This document shows positions 19,635 through 32,537 of a stretch of DNA of 64,000 nt, piece by piece. The stretch spans positions 32,001 through 96,000 of the forward strand of contig CBDCKN010000017.1 in assembly GCA_965218295.1 (NCBI GenBank), read 5' to 3'. Numbering within the stretch: position 1 is the first letter of the stretch; each line of letters opens with the position of its first letter. Origin of the DNA: Longimicrobiales bacterium (GTDB lineage: Bacteria > Gemmatimonadota > Gemmatimonadetes > Longimicrobiales > Gaopeijiaceae). A program made the translations under genes and the position numbers. A model generated the notes under the pieces. That model saw nothing but the letters and a program-made list of their open reading frames with translations, searched no databases and was not told where the DNA came from.

Positions 19635-20500
19635 TGCTCGACCTCGAATAGCTTCCTGACCGATTGCATGGCTTCCTCATCGAGGTCCTGCGACGCCAGG
19701 AGCTCGAGCAGCTCGCGGCCGAGGACCTTGTATACCTCCCTCGATCGCGGGTCGAGACTCCTCAGGTGAAGGCTCAACGTCTCCACTTCCCCTCGGGTGA
19801 CGGGTCCGACCAGGGCCCGCTCCAGGCCCATCTCCTCGATGTTGTCGATCGTTCCGCGCGCCAACGCCAGCAGCGCGCCGACGGCCTCTTCCCCCGAGAC
19901 ACCGGCCGAGCCGAGAAGGCGAAATGCCGACGCGAGCACAGCAGCAAGATAATTCGATCCCAGCACGGCTGCTGCGTGCACCGTTGGACGGTGTCGGGTG
20001 GGTACCGAGAGCGACCTACAGCGCAAAGCACGCAGCAGCCGTTGGGCCACCTGCAGGGCCTGGGGCTCTCCTGCAATCGACACCGACGATCCCGGAAGTC
20101 GATCGGCTCCGGTCACCGGGTGGGCCACGGTCTGAAGCGGATAGAACGAGCCCACCTGGTACCCCACGGCATGGAGAGGGCTCAGGGCCTCGGTGCTCAG
20201 GGCGCCAGACATGTGGAACGCAGCGCAGCGATCGGGCGCCTCTCCCTGTGCGGCCAGAGCCCGAGCCAGCTCCGGGACGACGTCGTCGGGAACGGCGAGG
20301 AAGACCCCGGTCGTCCCCGAAGAGGGCCGCTCCAATCCATACACATAGCGGGCTACGCCCTGGTTGAAGAGCAGATGCGACGGCGGCTCCTGACGTCGTC
20401 CTTGGTACTCGAGGCTTTCCACGCCATCGGCCTGCCAGAGGGCGTGGCCGAGCGCAAGTCCGAGTCTTCCCGGGCCCATGATGACCAGACGGTCACTCAT
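19631..20500 (-). CDS. Rossmann-like + DUF2520 protein (PanG-like)
   Basis: [32 protein letters not shown]. Confidence 0.88.
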   Translation of the reverse strand: MSDRLVIMGPGRLGLALGHALWQADGVESLEYQGRRQEPPSHLLFNQGVARYVYGLERPSSGTTGVFLAVPDDVVPELARALAAQGEAPDRCAAFHMSGALSTEALSPLHAVGYQVGSFYPLQTVAHPVTGADRLPGSSVSIAGEPQALQVAQRLLRALRCRSLSVPTRHRPTVHAAAVLGSNYLAAVLASAFRLLGSAGVSGEEAVGALLALARGTIDNIEEMGLERALVGPVTRGEVETLSLHLRSLDPRSREVYKVLGRELLELLASQDLDEEAMQSVRKLFEVEQ

Positions 20501-21798
20501 GCGCCTGGGTCGTGCTCCCGGACCAACTCCACGCCCTGAATCCGAAGAAGCCGACCCGACAGCGCCGGAGTGACCCTGATCTCGAGCTCGAGGCTCGTCC
20601 CGTTCTGGGACTGTTCCAGCACCTCACCCTCCCTGTAGAGAAGTGCCAGCGTCTCCCCATCGTGAGCCGGGACCCGTACGGACAGATGCTGGAGTCCGCT
20701 GCGTATCCGAGCCTTCAGGACCGACGTGAGTCCCTCCAGGGTCAGGGGATCGAGAGCGGACAGGAAAACCGCCGGTGTCGGCTCCAGGGCACGAATCCGC
20801 CTTCCGAGGGCATCCTCTTCGCTATGGGTCAGGCGATCGATCTTGTTGAAGGCCAACATCTGCGGCCGATCGGCAAGGTCGAGGGCGTCCAAGGCCTCCT
20901 CGACGACCCGCTTCTGTTCCTCCCAGTCCGGATGGGACGCATCGATGACGTGAACGATGAGATTCGCCTCCCGGGCCTCCTCCAGGGTCGAGCGGAAGGA
21001 AGCCACGAGATGGTGCGGAAGCTTTCTGATGAAGCCCACGGTGTCGGTGACGAGCACCTCGAACCCGTCGCCGAGAGGCACAGATCGGGTCGTGGAGTCC
21101 AGTGTGGCGAACAGCCGGTCCTCTACGAAGAGCTCCGACCCCGACAGCACACGAAGGAGCGAGGACTTGCCGGCATTGGTATAGCCCATGAGAGCCACCC
21201 GAAAGCTCCCGTCACGGGAACGGCGCTGGATCTCCCGCGCACGGGCGACCCCCTCCAGCTTCTTACGTAGATCGGCGATTCTCCGACCGATCAAGCGACG
21301 GTCGGACTCGAGCTGGGTTTCACCCGGCCCCCGGAGGCCCATGCCACCACGGATTCTCGAGAGGTGGGTCCACATCCGCTTGAGACGTGGCAGCAGATAC
21401 TGAAGCTGGGCCAGCTCGACCTGCATCCTGGCCTCGCTGGTGCGAGCCCGGGTCGCGAAGATATCGAGAATGAGCTCGGAGCGATCCATCACCCGGACGC
21501 CTACGCGGTCCTCAATGGCCTTGCCCTGGGCAGGCGTCAGCTCCTCGTCGAAGATTACGAGGTCGGCCGCCTCCGCCTTCACACGCTCCCGAAGCTCGTC
21601 GACCTTCCCCTGGCCGATGTAGAAACGGGGATGGGGGGCGTCGATCCACTGCCGCACGACATCCACTACTTCCCCCCCGGCCGTGTCGGTGAGGCGTGTG
21701 AGCTCCTCGAGGTGCTCCTGAGCAACCCGCTCGTCGAGGGTCTTGAGCAGAGCTCCCACCAAGACGGCCCGGTCGACGGGCGTCTGGTTATCTATCAA
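20497..21798 (-). CDS. hflX: GTPase HflX
   Basis: GYTNAGKSS, LFATLD, DTVGFI, NKID. Confidence 0.97.
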   Translation of the reverse strand: MIDNQTPVDRAVLVGALLKTLDERVAQEHLEELTRLTDTAGGEVVDVVRQWIDAPHPRFYIGQGKVDELRERVKAEAADLVIFDEELTPAQGKAIEDRVGVRVMDRSELILDIFATRARTSEARMQVELAQLQYLLPRLKRMWTHLSRIRGGMGLRGPGETQLESDRRLIGRRIADLRKKLEGVARAREIQRRSRDGSFRVALMGYTNAGKSSLLRVLSGSELFVEDRLFATLDSTTRSVPLGDGFEVLVTDTVGFIRKLPHHLVASFRSTLEEAREANLIVHVIDASHPDWEEQKRVVEEALDALDLADRPQMLAFNKIDRLTHSEEDALGRRIRALEPTPAVFLSALDPLTLEGLTSVLKARIRSGLQHLSVRVPAHDGETLALLYREGEVLEQSQNGTSLELEIRVTPALSGRLLRIQGVELVREHDPGA

Positions 21799-23198
21799 CT
21801 GGGTGGGGATGATGACTCCTGGATATCCGAATCTCGCCGGCGAGCCTCTTCCTTGCAGGCTTTCCAGCGGTCGAGCCGATCCTTGATACTCTCTTCGAAG
21901 CCCGCTGATCCCGGCTGGTAGAAGTTCTGTCCCGCCACCTCGCCGGGAAGGTACTCCTGCGGCGTTATCCCCTCCGGCTCATCGGGGTCGTACCGATACC
22001 CCGTGCCATACCCCAGTTCCTTCATGAGGTCCGTGGGAGCATTGCGTATGTGGAGCGGGACAGGCGCCGACGGCGTCTCCCGCGCGCTCCGCAGAGCAGC
22101 CTTCCACGCTACATAGATGCGATTCGACTTGGGGGCGGACGCCAGGTAGACGGCGGCTTCGGCGAGAGCCAGCTCCCCCTCGGGAGGACCCAGGAAGTGG
22201 AAAGCGTCCCTGGCGGCGATGGCCACTCCTAGGGCTCCGGGGTCGGCCAGGCCGACGTCCTCGCTGGCCATGCGAACGAGGCGGCGGGCGATGTAGAGAG
22301 GATCCTCTCCACCTTCGATCATGCGGGCGAGCCAATAGATGGCGCCGTCTGGATCTCCGCCCCGAACGGCCTTGTGGAGGGCCGAGATCAGGTTGTAGTG
22401 CTCCTCCCCCGACTTGTCGTACAGGGCAAACCGATGCTGTACGGCCTCCTCCGCCCTCGATAGGTCCACGGTGCCTCGGGCCCCTGCCAGCTTGGCGGCC
22501 GTCTCCAAGATGCCCAGTCCCCTCCGTGCGTCTCCGTCGGCAGCCCGAGCCATGGCCTCGAGGGCGTCTGAGTCCACTTCGAGCTCCAGGCGGCCCATGC
22601 CTCGCTTCTCGTCCTCCAGCGCCGAGCGAAGGATGTCCGCAACATCTTCGGGAGAGAGCGGTTTCAGGGTGAACACCGGGGCCCGGGAGAGGAGAGGTCG
22701 CACGACCTCGAAGCTCGGATTCTCGGTCGTGGCCCCGATCAGGACAACGGTGCCACTCTCCACGTGGGGAAGAAAAGCGTCCTGCTGCGCCTTGTTGAAT
22801 CGGTGAATCTCGTCGCAGAAGAGGATCGTGCTTCGGTTCGTGGCCCTCCTCCGCTCCTTCGCCTCCTTGATGACCTCCCGCACCCTCGCCACGCCCTCGG
22901 TGACGGCCGAGAAAGCCACGAACGCAGCGTCCGTCCTGTCGGCAACCAGTCGGGCCAGCGTCGTCTTTCCGCTGCCCGGAGGTCCCCAGAGGATCATGCT
23001 CCCGGGATCGCCCTGCTCGATCATGGAGCGCAGGGCCTTTCCGTGCCCGAGGACGTGTTCCTGACCTCGAAACTCCTCCAGCGTTCGGGGGCGCATGCGG
23101 GCCGCGAGGGGAGCGTCGGTGGAGGCCTCGGGAGCGGCACTTCGCGCCGCCGCATCCGCCGGCGGCTCGCTCGCGGGAAACAGACTGAGATCACTCAT
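21795..23198 (-). CDS. rarA: Replication-associated recombination protein A
   Basis: PLAARMRP, WGPPGSGKTT, DEIHRFNKAQQD, ATTENPSF. Confidence 0.97.
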   Translation of the reverse strand: MSDLSLFPASEPPADAAARSAAPEASTDAPLAARMRPRTLEEFRGQEHVLGHGKALRSMIEQGDPGSMILWGPPGSGKTTLARLVADRTDAAFVAFSAVTEGVARVREVIKEAKERRRATNRSTILFCDEIHRFNKAQQDAFLPHVESGTVVLIGATTENPSFEVVRPLLSRAPVFTLKPLSPEDVADILRSALEDEKRGMGRLELEVDSDALEAMARAADGDARRGLGILETAAKLAGARGTVDLSRAEEAVQHRFALYDKSGEEHYNLISALHKAVRGGDPDGAIYWLARMIEGGEDPLYIARRLVRMASEDVGLADPGALGVAIAARDAFHFLGPPEGELALAEAAVYLASAPKSNRIYVAWKAALRSARETPSAPVPLHIRNAPTDLMKELGYGTGYRYDPDEPEGITPQEYLPGEVAGQNFYQPGSAGFEESIKDRLDRWKACKEEARRRDSDIQESSSPPS

Positions 23199-24543
23199 GG
23201 CCTTCGTGATCCGCGTCAAACGGCTCCGACATTTCCAAAAGGAATCCGCCCTTCCGCACGAGCGCCTCGAGCTGGGCCCGGGTGTTCGTCTCCGGGTGCT
23301 CCAGCACGTGCTCCAGCAAAAGCTCGAGGATCTCCCGGAATCTGGGACCCGGGCTGAGCCCCAAGGCCTGGAGATGCTCTCCGTTCAAGGCCAGGTCCGA
23401 GACGGCGAGAGGCGGCTTCGCTCTCAGAACGGAGCGGATGGCCTCGATGCGCCCGACCGCGGTGTCTGCCGACGAGGGACCGGAAACGCCGACCGGATCG
23501 ACGCCCGCACGTGCCTCAGCTAACCAGATCCGTGCCAGGTCCGGGAAGAGCGCAGCGCCGGTCCGGTTGAGCCAGCGCCGGATATCGGCCGATTCGTCAG
23601 ACGGGATCCCCAAGGTCCTGTTGGCCACCAGGGTCGAGACTCGCCTGGTGTCCGCGTTGGAGAACCTGAGCCGGCCCATGAGCCGTTCTACCGTCCCGCG
23701 CACCCCCCGGACGTCACCCGAACGGTCGCAGGCTATTGGCGAGAGGAGGGTCGCCAGACGAACCAGCGGCCGCCCGCGTCGCGCGGCGTCACAGGCCATG
23801 AGGGCGCCGTCCAGGGAGGATGGACCCGAGGTGGCGGTCGCCTCGGCGAGCTCCGGATACAGCTTCGTCAGGGCCCCGGAACGAGCGTAGAGATGGAGAG
23901 CGATCGACGGGCTGTCGGCCTGGGACAGCACCTTCATGAGGTCTTCCTGGATCCGTTCGGCCGACAGCGCGTGCAGCTGCGGTACCGCATCGCAAAGCGC
24001 CTGCCAGGTCTCTTCCTCTATGGTGAAGCCGAACTGGCCCGAGAAGCGGAGAGCCCTCAGCACGCGGAGAAAGTCCTCGCCGAAGCGGTCTGCGGGAGCG
24101 CCCACTGTCCGGAGGACACGCGCCTCCATGTCGGCGAGCCCCTCGCCAGGATCCCGGAGCTCCCCCCGGAGCGGGTGCCACGCGATGGCGTTGAAGGTGA
24201 AGTCCCGCCGGGCCAGATCCTCTTCGATGTCGTCGGCGAACTCCACCACGGCCCGGCGCCCGAACGTCTCTACGTCCCGGCGGAAGGTCGTGACCTCGTA
24301 GAGTGTTCCTCCTCGGGCGAGAACGCCTACCGTGCCGTGCTCGACTCCGATGGGTACGGTCCGGGAGAAGGCGGCCATGATCTCTTCCGGCCTCGCCCTG
24401 GTCGCCATGTCCCAGTCCCCTGCGGGGTGCCCGAGGAGGATGTTGCGGATGGCGCCTCCCACCACCCAGGTCTCGAACCCGGCGTCCTCCAGCGTGGTGG
24501 TGATCCAGCGCACGGCCTCCGGAGCGGCGAGGGTGAAGTCCAC
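23191..24543 (-). CDS. cca: CCA tRNA nucleotidyltransferase
   Basis: VGGAIRN..GDWDMAT, EVTTFR, DLARRDFTFNA, EDFLRVLRALRF. Confidence 0.9.
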   Translation of the reverse strand: MDFTLAAPEAVRWITTTLEDAGFETWVVGGAIRNILLGHPAGDWDMATRARPEEIMAAFSRTVPIGVEHGTVGVLARGGTLYEVTTFRRDVETFGRRAVVEFADDIEEDLARRDFTFNAIAWHPLRGELRDPGEGLADMEARVLRTVGAPADRFGEDFLRVLRALRFSGQFGFTIEEETWQALCDAVPQLHALSAERIQEDLMKVLSQADSPSIALHLYARSGALTKLYPELAEATATSGPSSLDGALMACDAARRGRPLVRLATLLSPIACDRSGDVRGVRGTVERLMGRLRFSNADTRRVSTLVANRTLGIPSDESADIRRWLNRTGAALFPDLARIWLAEARAGVDPVGVSGPSSADTAVGRIEAIRSVLRAKPPLAVSDLALNGEHLQALGLSPGPRFREILELLLEHVLEHPETNTRAQLEALVRKGGFLLEMSEPFDADHEGHE

Positions 24544-25313
24544 TACCCCACCAGCACCGCTCCCCCGTTGACGTTGAGAATCTCGCCGGTGATGTGGCGC
24601 GCCAGGGGTGAGCAGAGGAAGACGATGGGTCCGGCGATGTCGTCGGCGGTGGCGATCCTGCCCAGAGGGATTGTGGCCTCGATCCGGGGACTATCGTCGG
24701 CCTCCACGACCGGCTGGATCATCTCCGTGTCGATCCAGCCGGGGGCCACGGCGTTGACCGTTACACCCTTGGGGGCCAATTCGACACAGAGCCCCTTGAC
24801 AAGTGAGATGACGCCTCCCTTCGACGCAGCGTAGTCTCCGTGGTAGGCCTCGCCCCGCTGGCCCGCCGTGGAGCTCACCAGAACCATCGCTCCACCCGGT
24901 CGGAGACGTCGGGCCGCTTCTCGCGACGTATAGAAGATCGAGTCCAGGTTGCACGACAGCGTCTTGCGCCACTGGCTCTCGTCCATGTCCGCCAGCGCGA
25001 CATCCTCCGGGGGCCATATCCCGGCATTCCCTATGAAGAAGTCGAGACCGTCGAATTCCCGGTCTGCCCGCTCGAAGAGCCGGCCCGCGTCTTCCGATCG
25101 CGAGAGGTCCCCTGCCTCCGCCCACGCCTTCACCCCCAGGCCACGCAGCTCCTCCACCACCTCTGCGGCGTCCTGCTCACGGGTACGGTAGCCGATGCCG
25201 ACGTCGACGCCGGCCTCGGCCAGGAGTCGGGCCGTGGCGCGCCCCACACCCCGGGAGCCACCGGTTACGACTGCGGTCCGCCCCTTCAGATCGATGAGTG
25301 ACACGTGGTTCAC
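24543..25313 (-). CDS. SDR family oxidoreductase (FabG-like)
   Basis: TGGSRGVG, NAG, YAASK, VAPGWIDT. Confidence 0.92.
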   Translation of the reverse strand: MNHVSLIDLKGRTAVVTGGSRGVGRATARLLAEAGVDVGIGYRTREQDAAEVVEELRGLGVKAWAEAGDLSRSEDAGRLFERADREFDGLDFFIGNAGIWPPEDVALADMDESQWRKTLSCNLDSIFYTSREAARRLRPGGAMVLVSSTAGQRGEAYHGDYAASKGGVISLVKGLCVELAPKGVTVNAVAPGWIDTEMIQPVVEADDSPRIEATIPLGRIATADDIAGPIVFLCSPLARHITGEILNVNGGAVLVG

Positions 25314-25504
25314 CTAGTGTGGTGTCACAGAAGTTCGCGAGCCACCGAGAGTGCCGAGGCGCCGGATCCGGGGTACCCGCGCCGCTAGGCGTGGGTCGGG
25401 CGCGACGACGAGGAATAGCAACGCTATTTCAAGGAGGAGGAACGCCGCAGGGCCGGATGCATCGGTGCTCGAATGGCCGAGACACTTCTGTAACACCACA
25501 CTGG
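25314..25504. mobile_element. Structured palindromic element, family A copy 1 (MITE/REP-like)
   Basis: Terminal IR CTAGTGTGGTGTCACAGAAGT / ACTTCTGTAACACCACACTGG (19/21). Internal blocks shared with 59798..59983. Confidence 0.8.
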
Positions 25505-25540
25505 AAGCAAGCACGAGTGAAAGCCCGACTCCCGGCCGGA

Positions 25541-25807
25541 TCACCGGGATCCCTTAGTGGAGTGGACGAGGAGGAGGTCGCCCTCCCGGCCCAGCGCCTC
25601 CACCTGCCGCGCGAAGACATCCTCGAAGCCGAAGTCGTTCGCCGCAGCCGTCAGAACGGAGCTGTCAGTGGTGAACGCCAGCGCCCGCAGCGCCATGGAG
25701 GACACTATCTCGATGTCACCGGCCAGGTCGCGCGCGCACGTTGCCGCGAGCTCCGCCAGCTCGAGCAGTTCTCCCGATCCCTGCGCTTTGTCCGACAAGG
25801 GGCTCAC
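25541..25807 (-). pseudogene. gmhA: gmhA (sedoheptulose-7-phosphate isomerase) remnant
   Basis: [43 protein letters not shown] is GmhA-like. The GNGGS-containing segment is missing and the ORF stops before SGNS. Confidence 0.85.
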
Positions 25808-26622
25808 CCTTTGAATATGCTCTTGAAGCGATTCCAGAACCGACTCTGAATCACCAACGGCGGGACGGGTAGGGGCGCCTCACCCAGGAACACCCGCCAC
25901 GGGTTGCTCACCGTGAGAAGCCGAAGCTGCTCACCGCCACCACGCTCCCGGAAGAAGGCCTCGGATTCTCTAAGGTAGATGCCGAGATGGCGCCGGGCAT
26001 GGAAGTCGCTCGCAAGGTAGTCCACCCAACCCCGTGCGAGAAGCTTGCACGCCACGTCCCTGGCCTCTCTCCCGTAGCGGCCGGCGAAGGATCCGTGATT
26101 CACCTGCAAGTAGGCTCCGGACCTCCGCCAGGCGCCAGCGAGCTCGACTTCGTGCTCGATTCCCTGGTATCGCTCCGGGTGCGCAAGGATCGGTCGGTAC
26201 CCGTCAGCGCAGATCCGCTGGATGACGTGCTCGGTGCGAGGAGGAATCTGGAGTCGCAGCCATTCCACCAGAACGAAGGGCGTTCCAGCCAGCCGGAGCC
26301 GGGGATCCGAGAGGTCCGGATCCGGGACGTCGAGCATGATCTCGTATCCGCGCTGGAACTCAAGCTCGGGGAAGCGATCCGCCACCGCGCGAGACACCTC
26401 CTCCCATGCATCGTCGAGCTGTCCCAGCCGTTCGTCGAGCTTCGCGGGGTCGTGTGTGATGCTCGCGTTCAGGTGAGGAGTGGTGAGGATCCGGCCGATT
26501 CCGGCACTTGCCATCCGCTCCACCGCCTCCAAAGCCTCGTCCAGGGTGCGCGCACCATCGTCCACACCGGGCACGAGATGACTGTGGAGATCAGCCGCCG
26601 TCCCCGACTCACGGAACGTCAT
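25804..26622 (-). CDS. CpsB/CapC-family PHP tyrosine-protein phosphatase
   Basis: [30 protein letters not shown]. Confidence 0.92.
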   Translation of the reverse strand: MTFRESGTAADLHSHLVPGVDDGARTLDEALEAVERMASAGIGRILTTPHLNASITHDPAKLDERLGQLDDAWEEVSRAVADRFPELEFQRGYEIMLDVPDPDLSDPRLRLAGTPFVLVEWLRLQIPPRTEHVIQRICADGYRPILAHPERYQGIEHEVELAGAWRRSGAYLQVNHGSFAGRYGREARDVACKLLARGWVDYLASDFHARRHLGIYLRESEAFFRERGGGEQLRLLTVSNPWRVFLGEAPLPVPPLVIQSRFWNRFKSIFKG

Positions 26623-26623
26623 G

Positions 26624-26943
26624 TCAGCGGCCCGTGGGTGGGGCGGGGCGGGCAGCGTCCGGATGGAGTCGGTCGAGAAGGTCGACGAGCGCGGCCTCCG
26701 TATCCTCCTCACCGGCTGCAGCCTCGCACGCGTAGGTGAGGAGAGCGTCGGCGGCCAGCAGGTGGAACGCTCCCTCCCGGTTTCGCCCCAGCCGTTTGAG
26801 CGCCTCGTCCACGTGGTGCGCTGCAGCGTCGCCCAGCGCCTCGCTGACCGAACTGCCCTGGAAAGGTCCAGGCTCGAGCCAGCGGCGCAGCTCCTCCGGT
26901 GCCGGAGGCTCCCGATCGGCCACCCATCCCTTCAGATCGTCCA

Positions 26944-26944
<1 letters not shown>
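26624..26944 (-). CDS. Small hypothetical protein
   Basis: MDDLKGWVADREPPAPEELRRWL...AFHLLAADALLTYACE; start overlaps the alaS stop. Confidence 0.7.
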
Positions 26945-29613
<2,669 letters not shown>

Positions 29614-29722
29614 GATGACGATTTGTAGGCGTCCATGGGCGCCAATTATAACGACTTGACGAGCCTGACCCAACAACGTCCGGGGCCCGGAAACGGGGCT
29701 TCGAGGAGCCCGCAGATCAACG

Positions 29723-29750
29723 AAAAAGCCCGGTCGCTCGACCGGGCTTC
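29723..29750 (-). terminator. Intrinsic terminator after recA
   Basis: AAGCCCGGTCG-AG-CGACCGGGCTT inverted repeat running into a T-tract on the minus strand. Confidence 0.8.
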
Positions 29751-29781
29751 AGGAGACTCTCGGGGAGTGCTCTCCAGGTCG

Positions 29782-30870
29782 TCAGCCTTCGCCGTTCGCC
29801 GTAGCCTCCTTGAGTGGCTCGGCTTCCTGGGCATCGCCCCCCACTCCCAACGCTTCGCGAACACGGGCGTCCACCTCCTCGAGCACGTCGGGATTCTCCG
29901 TGAGGAACTCCCTGGTGTTCTCCTTCCCCTGACCCAGTCGCAGGTCCCCGTACGAATACCAGGACCCCGACTTCTCGAGGATTCCCTCTTCGACGCCAAT
30001 GTCGATGAGAAGACTCTCGTGGCTGATGCCGACGTCGTAGAGAATGTCGAATTCGGCTTGTCTGAAGGGGGGGGCGCACTTGTTCTTCACCACCTTCACG
30101 CGCGTCCGGTTGCCCACGATGTCCGTGCCGTCCTTGATGGCGCCGATGCGCCGGATGTCCAGACGAAGGGACGAGTAGAACTTGAGGGCACGGCCTCCCG
30201 ACGTCGTCTCCGGGTTCCCGAACATCACACCGATCTTCTCCCGGATCTGGTTCGTGAAGATCACGGCGGTCTGGGATCGAGCGACCGCACCGGTCAGCTT
30301 GCGCAATGCCTGGCTCATGAGTCGAGCCTGGAGCCCCACGTGGGAGTCGCCCATCTCCCCTTCGATCTCGGCCCGCGGGACGAGGGCCGCCACCGAGTCC
30401 ACCACGACTACGTCGACGGCACTGCTGCGAATCAGGACCTCGGTAATCTCGAGCGCCTGCTCGCCCGTGTCGGGCTGGGATACGAGCAGGTTGTCCACGT
30501 CCACTCCGAGCTTCTTGGAGTACGTCACGTCCAGAGCGTGCTCGGCGTCCACGAAGGCGGCGATCCCACCGGCCGCCTGCGCGTTGGCGATGACGTGCAG
30601 ACAGAGGGTCGTCTTACCGCTCGATTCGGGGCCGTAGATCTCGGTGATCCGTCCTCTCGGGATACCGCCGATCCCGATGGCGGCATCCAGATTGATGGCG
30701 CCGGTGCCGATGACGTTGATCTCGACCCTCATCCCGTCATCCCCCATCCACATGATGGAGCCCTTCCCGTAGGAACGCTCGATCTGGGTGATGGCCGTGG
30801 AGAGGGCCTTCTTCTTCTTGTCGCTCAACTTCTGGTCGCTCAACTCATGCGTGACTTCTGCGGTCGACAT
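29782..30870 (-). CDS. recA: Recombinase RecA
   Basis: [31 protein letters not shown]. Confidence 0.99.
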   Translation of the reverse strand: MSTAEVTHELSDQKLSDKKKKALSTAITQIERSYGKGSIMWMGDDGMRVEINVIGTGAINLDAAIGIGGIPRGRITEIYGPESSGKTTLCLHVIANAQAAGGIAAFVDAEHALDVTYSKKLGVDVDNLLVSQPDTGEQALEITEVLIRSSAVDVVVVDSVAALVPRAEIEGEMGDSHVGLQARLMSQALRKLTGAVARSQTAVIFTNQIREKIGVMFGNPETTSGGRALKFYSSLRLDIRRIGAIKDGTDIVGNRTRVKVVKNKCAPPFRQAEFDILYDVGISHESLLIDIGVEEGILEKSGSWYSYGDLRLGQGKENTREFLTENPDVLEEVDARVREALGVGGDAQEAEPLKEATANGEG

Positions 30871-30905
30871 TCCATCCTCGCGGAAAAGCGGTGGGGTCGG
30901 AGGCT

Positions 30906-30934
30906 ATTCTACAACACCCGAAGAGAAAGCGAAA
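30906..30934 (-). promoter_or_regulatory. recA promoter with candidate SOS-box direct repeat
   Basis: TAGAAT -10 at 30906-30911. TTCG-N7-TTCG at 30919-30933 overlaps the -35 and spacer. Confidence 0.4.
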
Positions 30935-31124
30935 GTCCTTTGACGCCCGGGAGGCGATCTGTGCAAAGTAAAGCAAGCCTGCGGGCCCAGGAATGTCGCT
31001 CCGCGACGTTCGCGCGTCGGCCCGTTAGGTGTCAGCTTGGGAACCGCACCACGCGCCGGCGGGTTGATGCACCGAACCGATCAGTTCTGGAGCGAAGCCG
31101 GTCGGACGGCCTCACGGGTAACGC

Positions 31125-32537
31125 ATGACCGTACAGGAACACGATCTCATCGCAGTGGGTGGCGGAACCGCCGGCCTCGTCTCCGCTGCAGGGGCCGCCT
31201 ATCTGGGTGTTCGCCCCGCCCTCGTCGAGCGGGCCGCCCTGGGGGGAGACTGCCTGTGGACCGGATGCGTGCCGTCCAAGGCCCTCCTGGCGTCGGCAAG
31301 GCTGGCCCACGCCATGCGCAACGCCGAGTCCCTGGGGCTCAAAGGGGCCACCCCAACCCAGGTGTTCTACAGCGTCATGGAGCGCATGCGCCGGGCTAGG
31401 GCCAGGGTCGCTCACCACGACGACCCCGAGCGCTTTCGCAAGATGGGAGTCCACGTCTACTTCGGCACCGCCCGGTTCATCGGAGCCGACACCCTGGACG
31501 TAGAGGGCGTGGGCGCCCTCAAGTCGAAGCACATCATCGTGGCGACAGGTGCGCGACCGGCGATCCCCCCGATCCCGGGTCTCGAGGAGGCAGGCTACCA
31601 GACGCACGAGACGATCTTCGATCTCGAGCGCTATCCCCAGAGAGTGGGAATCCTCGGAGGCGGACCCATCGGGCTCGAGTTCTCGCAGGTGTTCAGCCGT
31701 TTGGGTTCCGAGGTCGTCGTGCTCGAGATGCTCGATCGCATCCTTCCGAGCGAGGACCCCGACGTAGCCGAGGCCCTACTCGGGATCCTGAGACGTGAAG
31801 GCATAGACATAGAGCTCGGCTCGCGCGTCGTCGCCGTTCAGGTCGAGGGCGTTAGCAAGGTGATCCTCACGGAGGACGGGCGCCGCTTCCCCGTCGACGA
31901 GATCCTGGTGGCCACCGGAAGGCAGCCCATTACCCAAGGACTCGATCTGGAACGTGCAGGGATCGAGCAGGACGGCGCGGCGGTTCGCGTCGACTCCACG
32001 CTACGAACCACGAACCGCGGAGTCTGGGCCGCCGGTGACGTCACCGGAGGACTCCAATTTACCCATGTGGCCGACTACATGGCGAAGAAGGCTCTCCGGA
32101 ACGCGCTCCTCCCCTTGAGCTCCCATGTCGACTACAGTCGGGTCCCGTGGGTCACCTACACGGATCCCGAGGTCGCCCACGTGGGACTCAGCGCCGACGA
32201 TGCTTCCGCCCGGGGAGCCAAGACGTACACGTACGAGTTCGACGACCTGGACCGGGCGATCACGGACGCCCAGACACTCGGCTTCGTGAAGATCTCGGCG
32301 GACTCTAAAGGCCGCATCCTGGGCGCGACCATCCTGGGTCACGGTGCGGGCGAGCTTCTCCAGCCCATCGTTCTGGCCATGACCCACGGACTGCCACTCT
32401 CGAAGATCGCGGACACGATCTTCCCGTATCCCACGATGGCGGAGGGGGTCAAGCAAGCCGCCAACGTCTATCAGCGAACGCGCCTCGAGGGTCCTGCCGG
32501 ACGTGTCTTGAAGAAGGTGGTCTCATGGCTGGCGTGA
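31125..32537 (+). CDS. Pyridine nucleotide-disulfide oxidoreductase (Lpd/MerA-like)
   Basis: GGGTAG, GGDCLWTGCVPSK redox disulfide, GGGPIG, YPT. No C-terminal CC of MerA. Confidence 0.9.
   Translation: MTVQEHDLIAVGGGTAGLVSAAGAAYLGVRPALVERAALGGDCLWTGCVPSKALLASARLAHAMRNAESLGLKGATPTQVFYSVMERMRRARARVAHHDDPERFRKMGVHVYFGTARFIGADTLDVEGVGALKSKHIIVATGARPAIPPIPGLEEAGYQTHETIFDLERYPQRVGILGGGPIGLEFSQVFSRLGSEVVVLEMLDRILPSEDPDVAEALLGILRREGIDIELGSRVVAVQVEGVSKVILTEDGRRFPVDEILVATGRQPITQGLDLERAGIEQDGAAVRVDSTLRTTNRGVWAAGDVTGGLQFTHVADYMAKKALRNALLPLSSHVDYSRVPWVTYTDPEVAHVGLSADDASARGAKTYTYEFDDLDRAITDAQTLGFVKISADSKGRILGATILGHGAGELLQPIVLAMTHGLPLSKIADTIFPYPTMAEGVKQAANVYQRTRLEGPAGRVLKKVVSWLA

Noticed and set aside
29614..29781. 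Expected recX or a T-box between recA and alaS
   Set aside because: Only 168 bp containing a terminator and a TATAAT box; no recX remnant or T-box motif recognised.
30820..30845. GTCGCTCAACT repeated at 15-bp period in the recA 5' end
   Set aside because: An in-frame micro-duplication ([10 protein letters not shown]) in the variable N-terminus; probably neutral.
31125..32537. Mercuric reductase merA call
   Set aside because: No C-terminal Cys-Cys pair, no NmerA domain and no mer operon genes.
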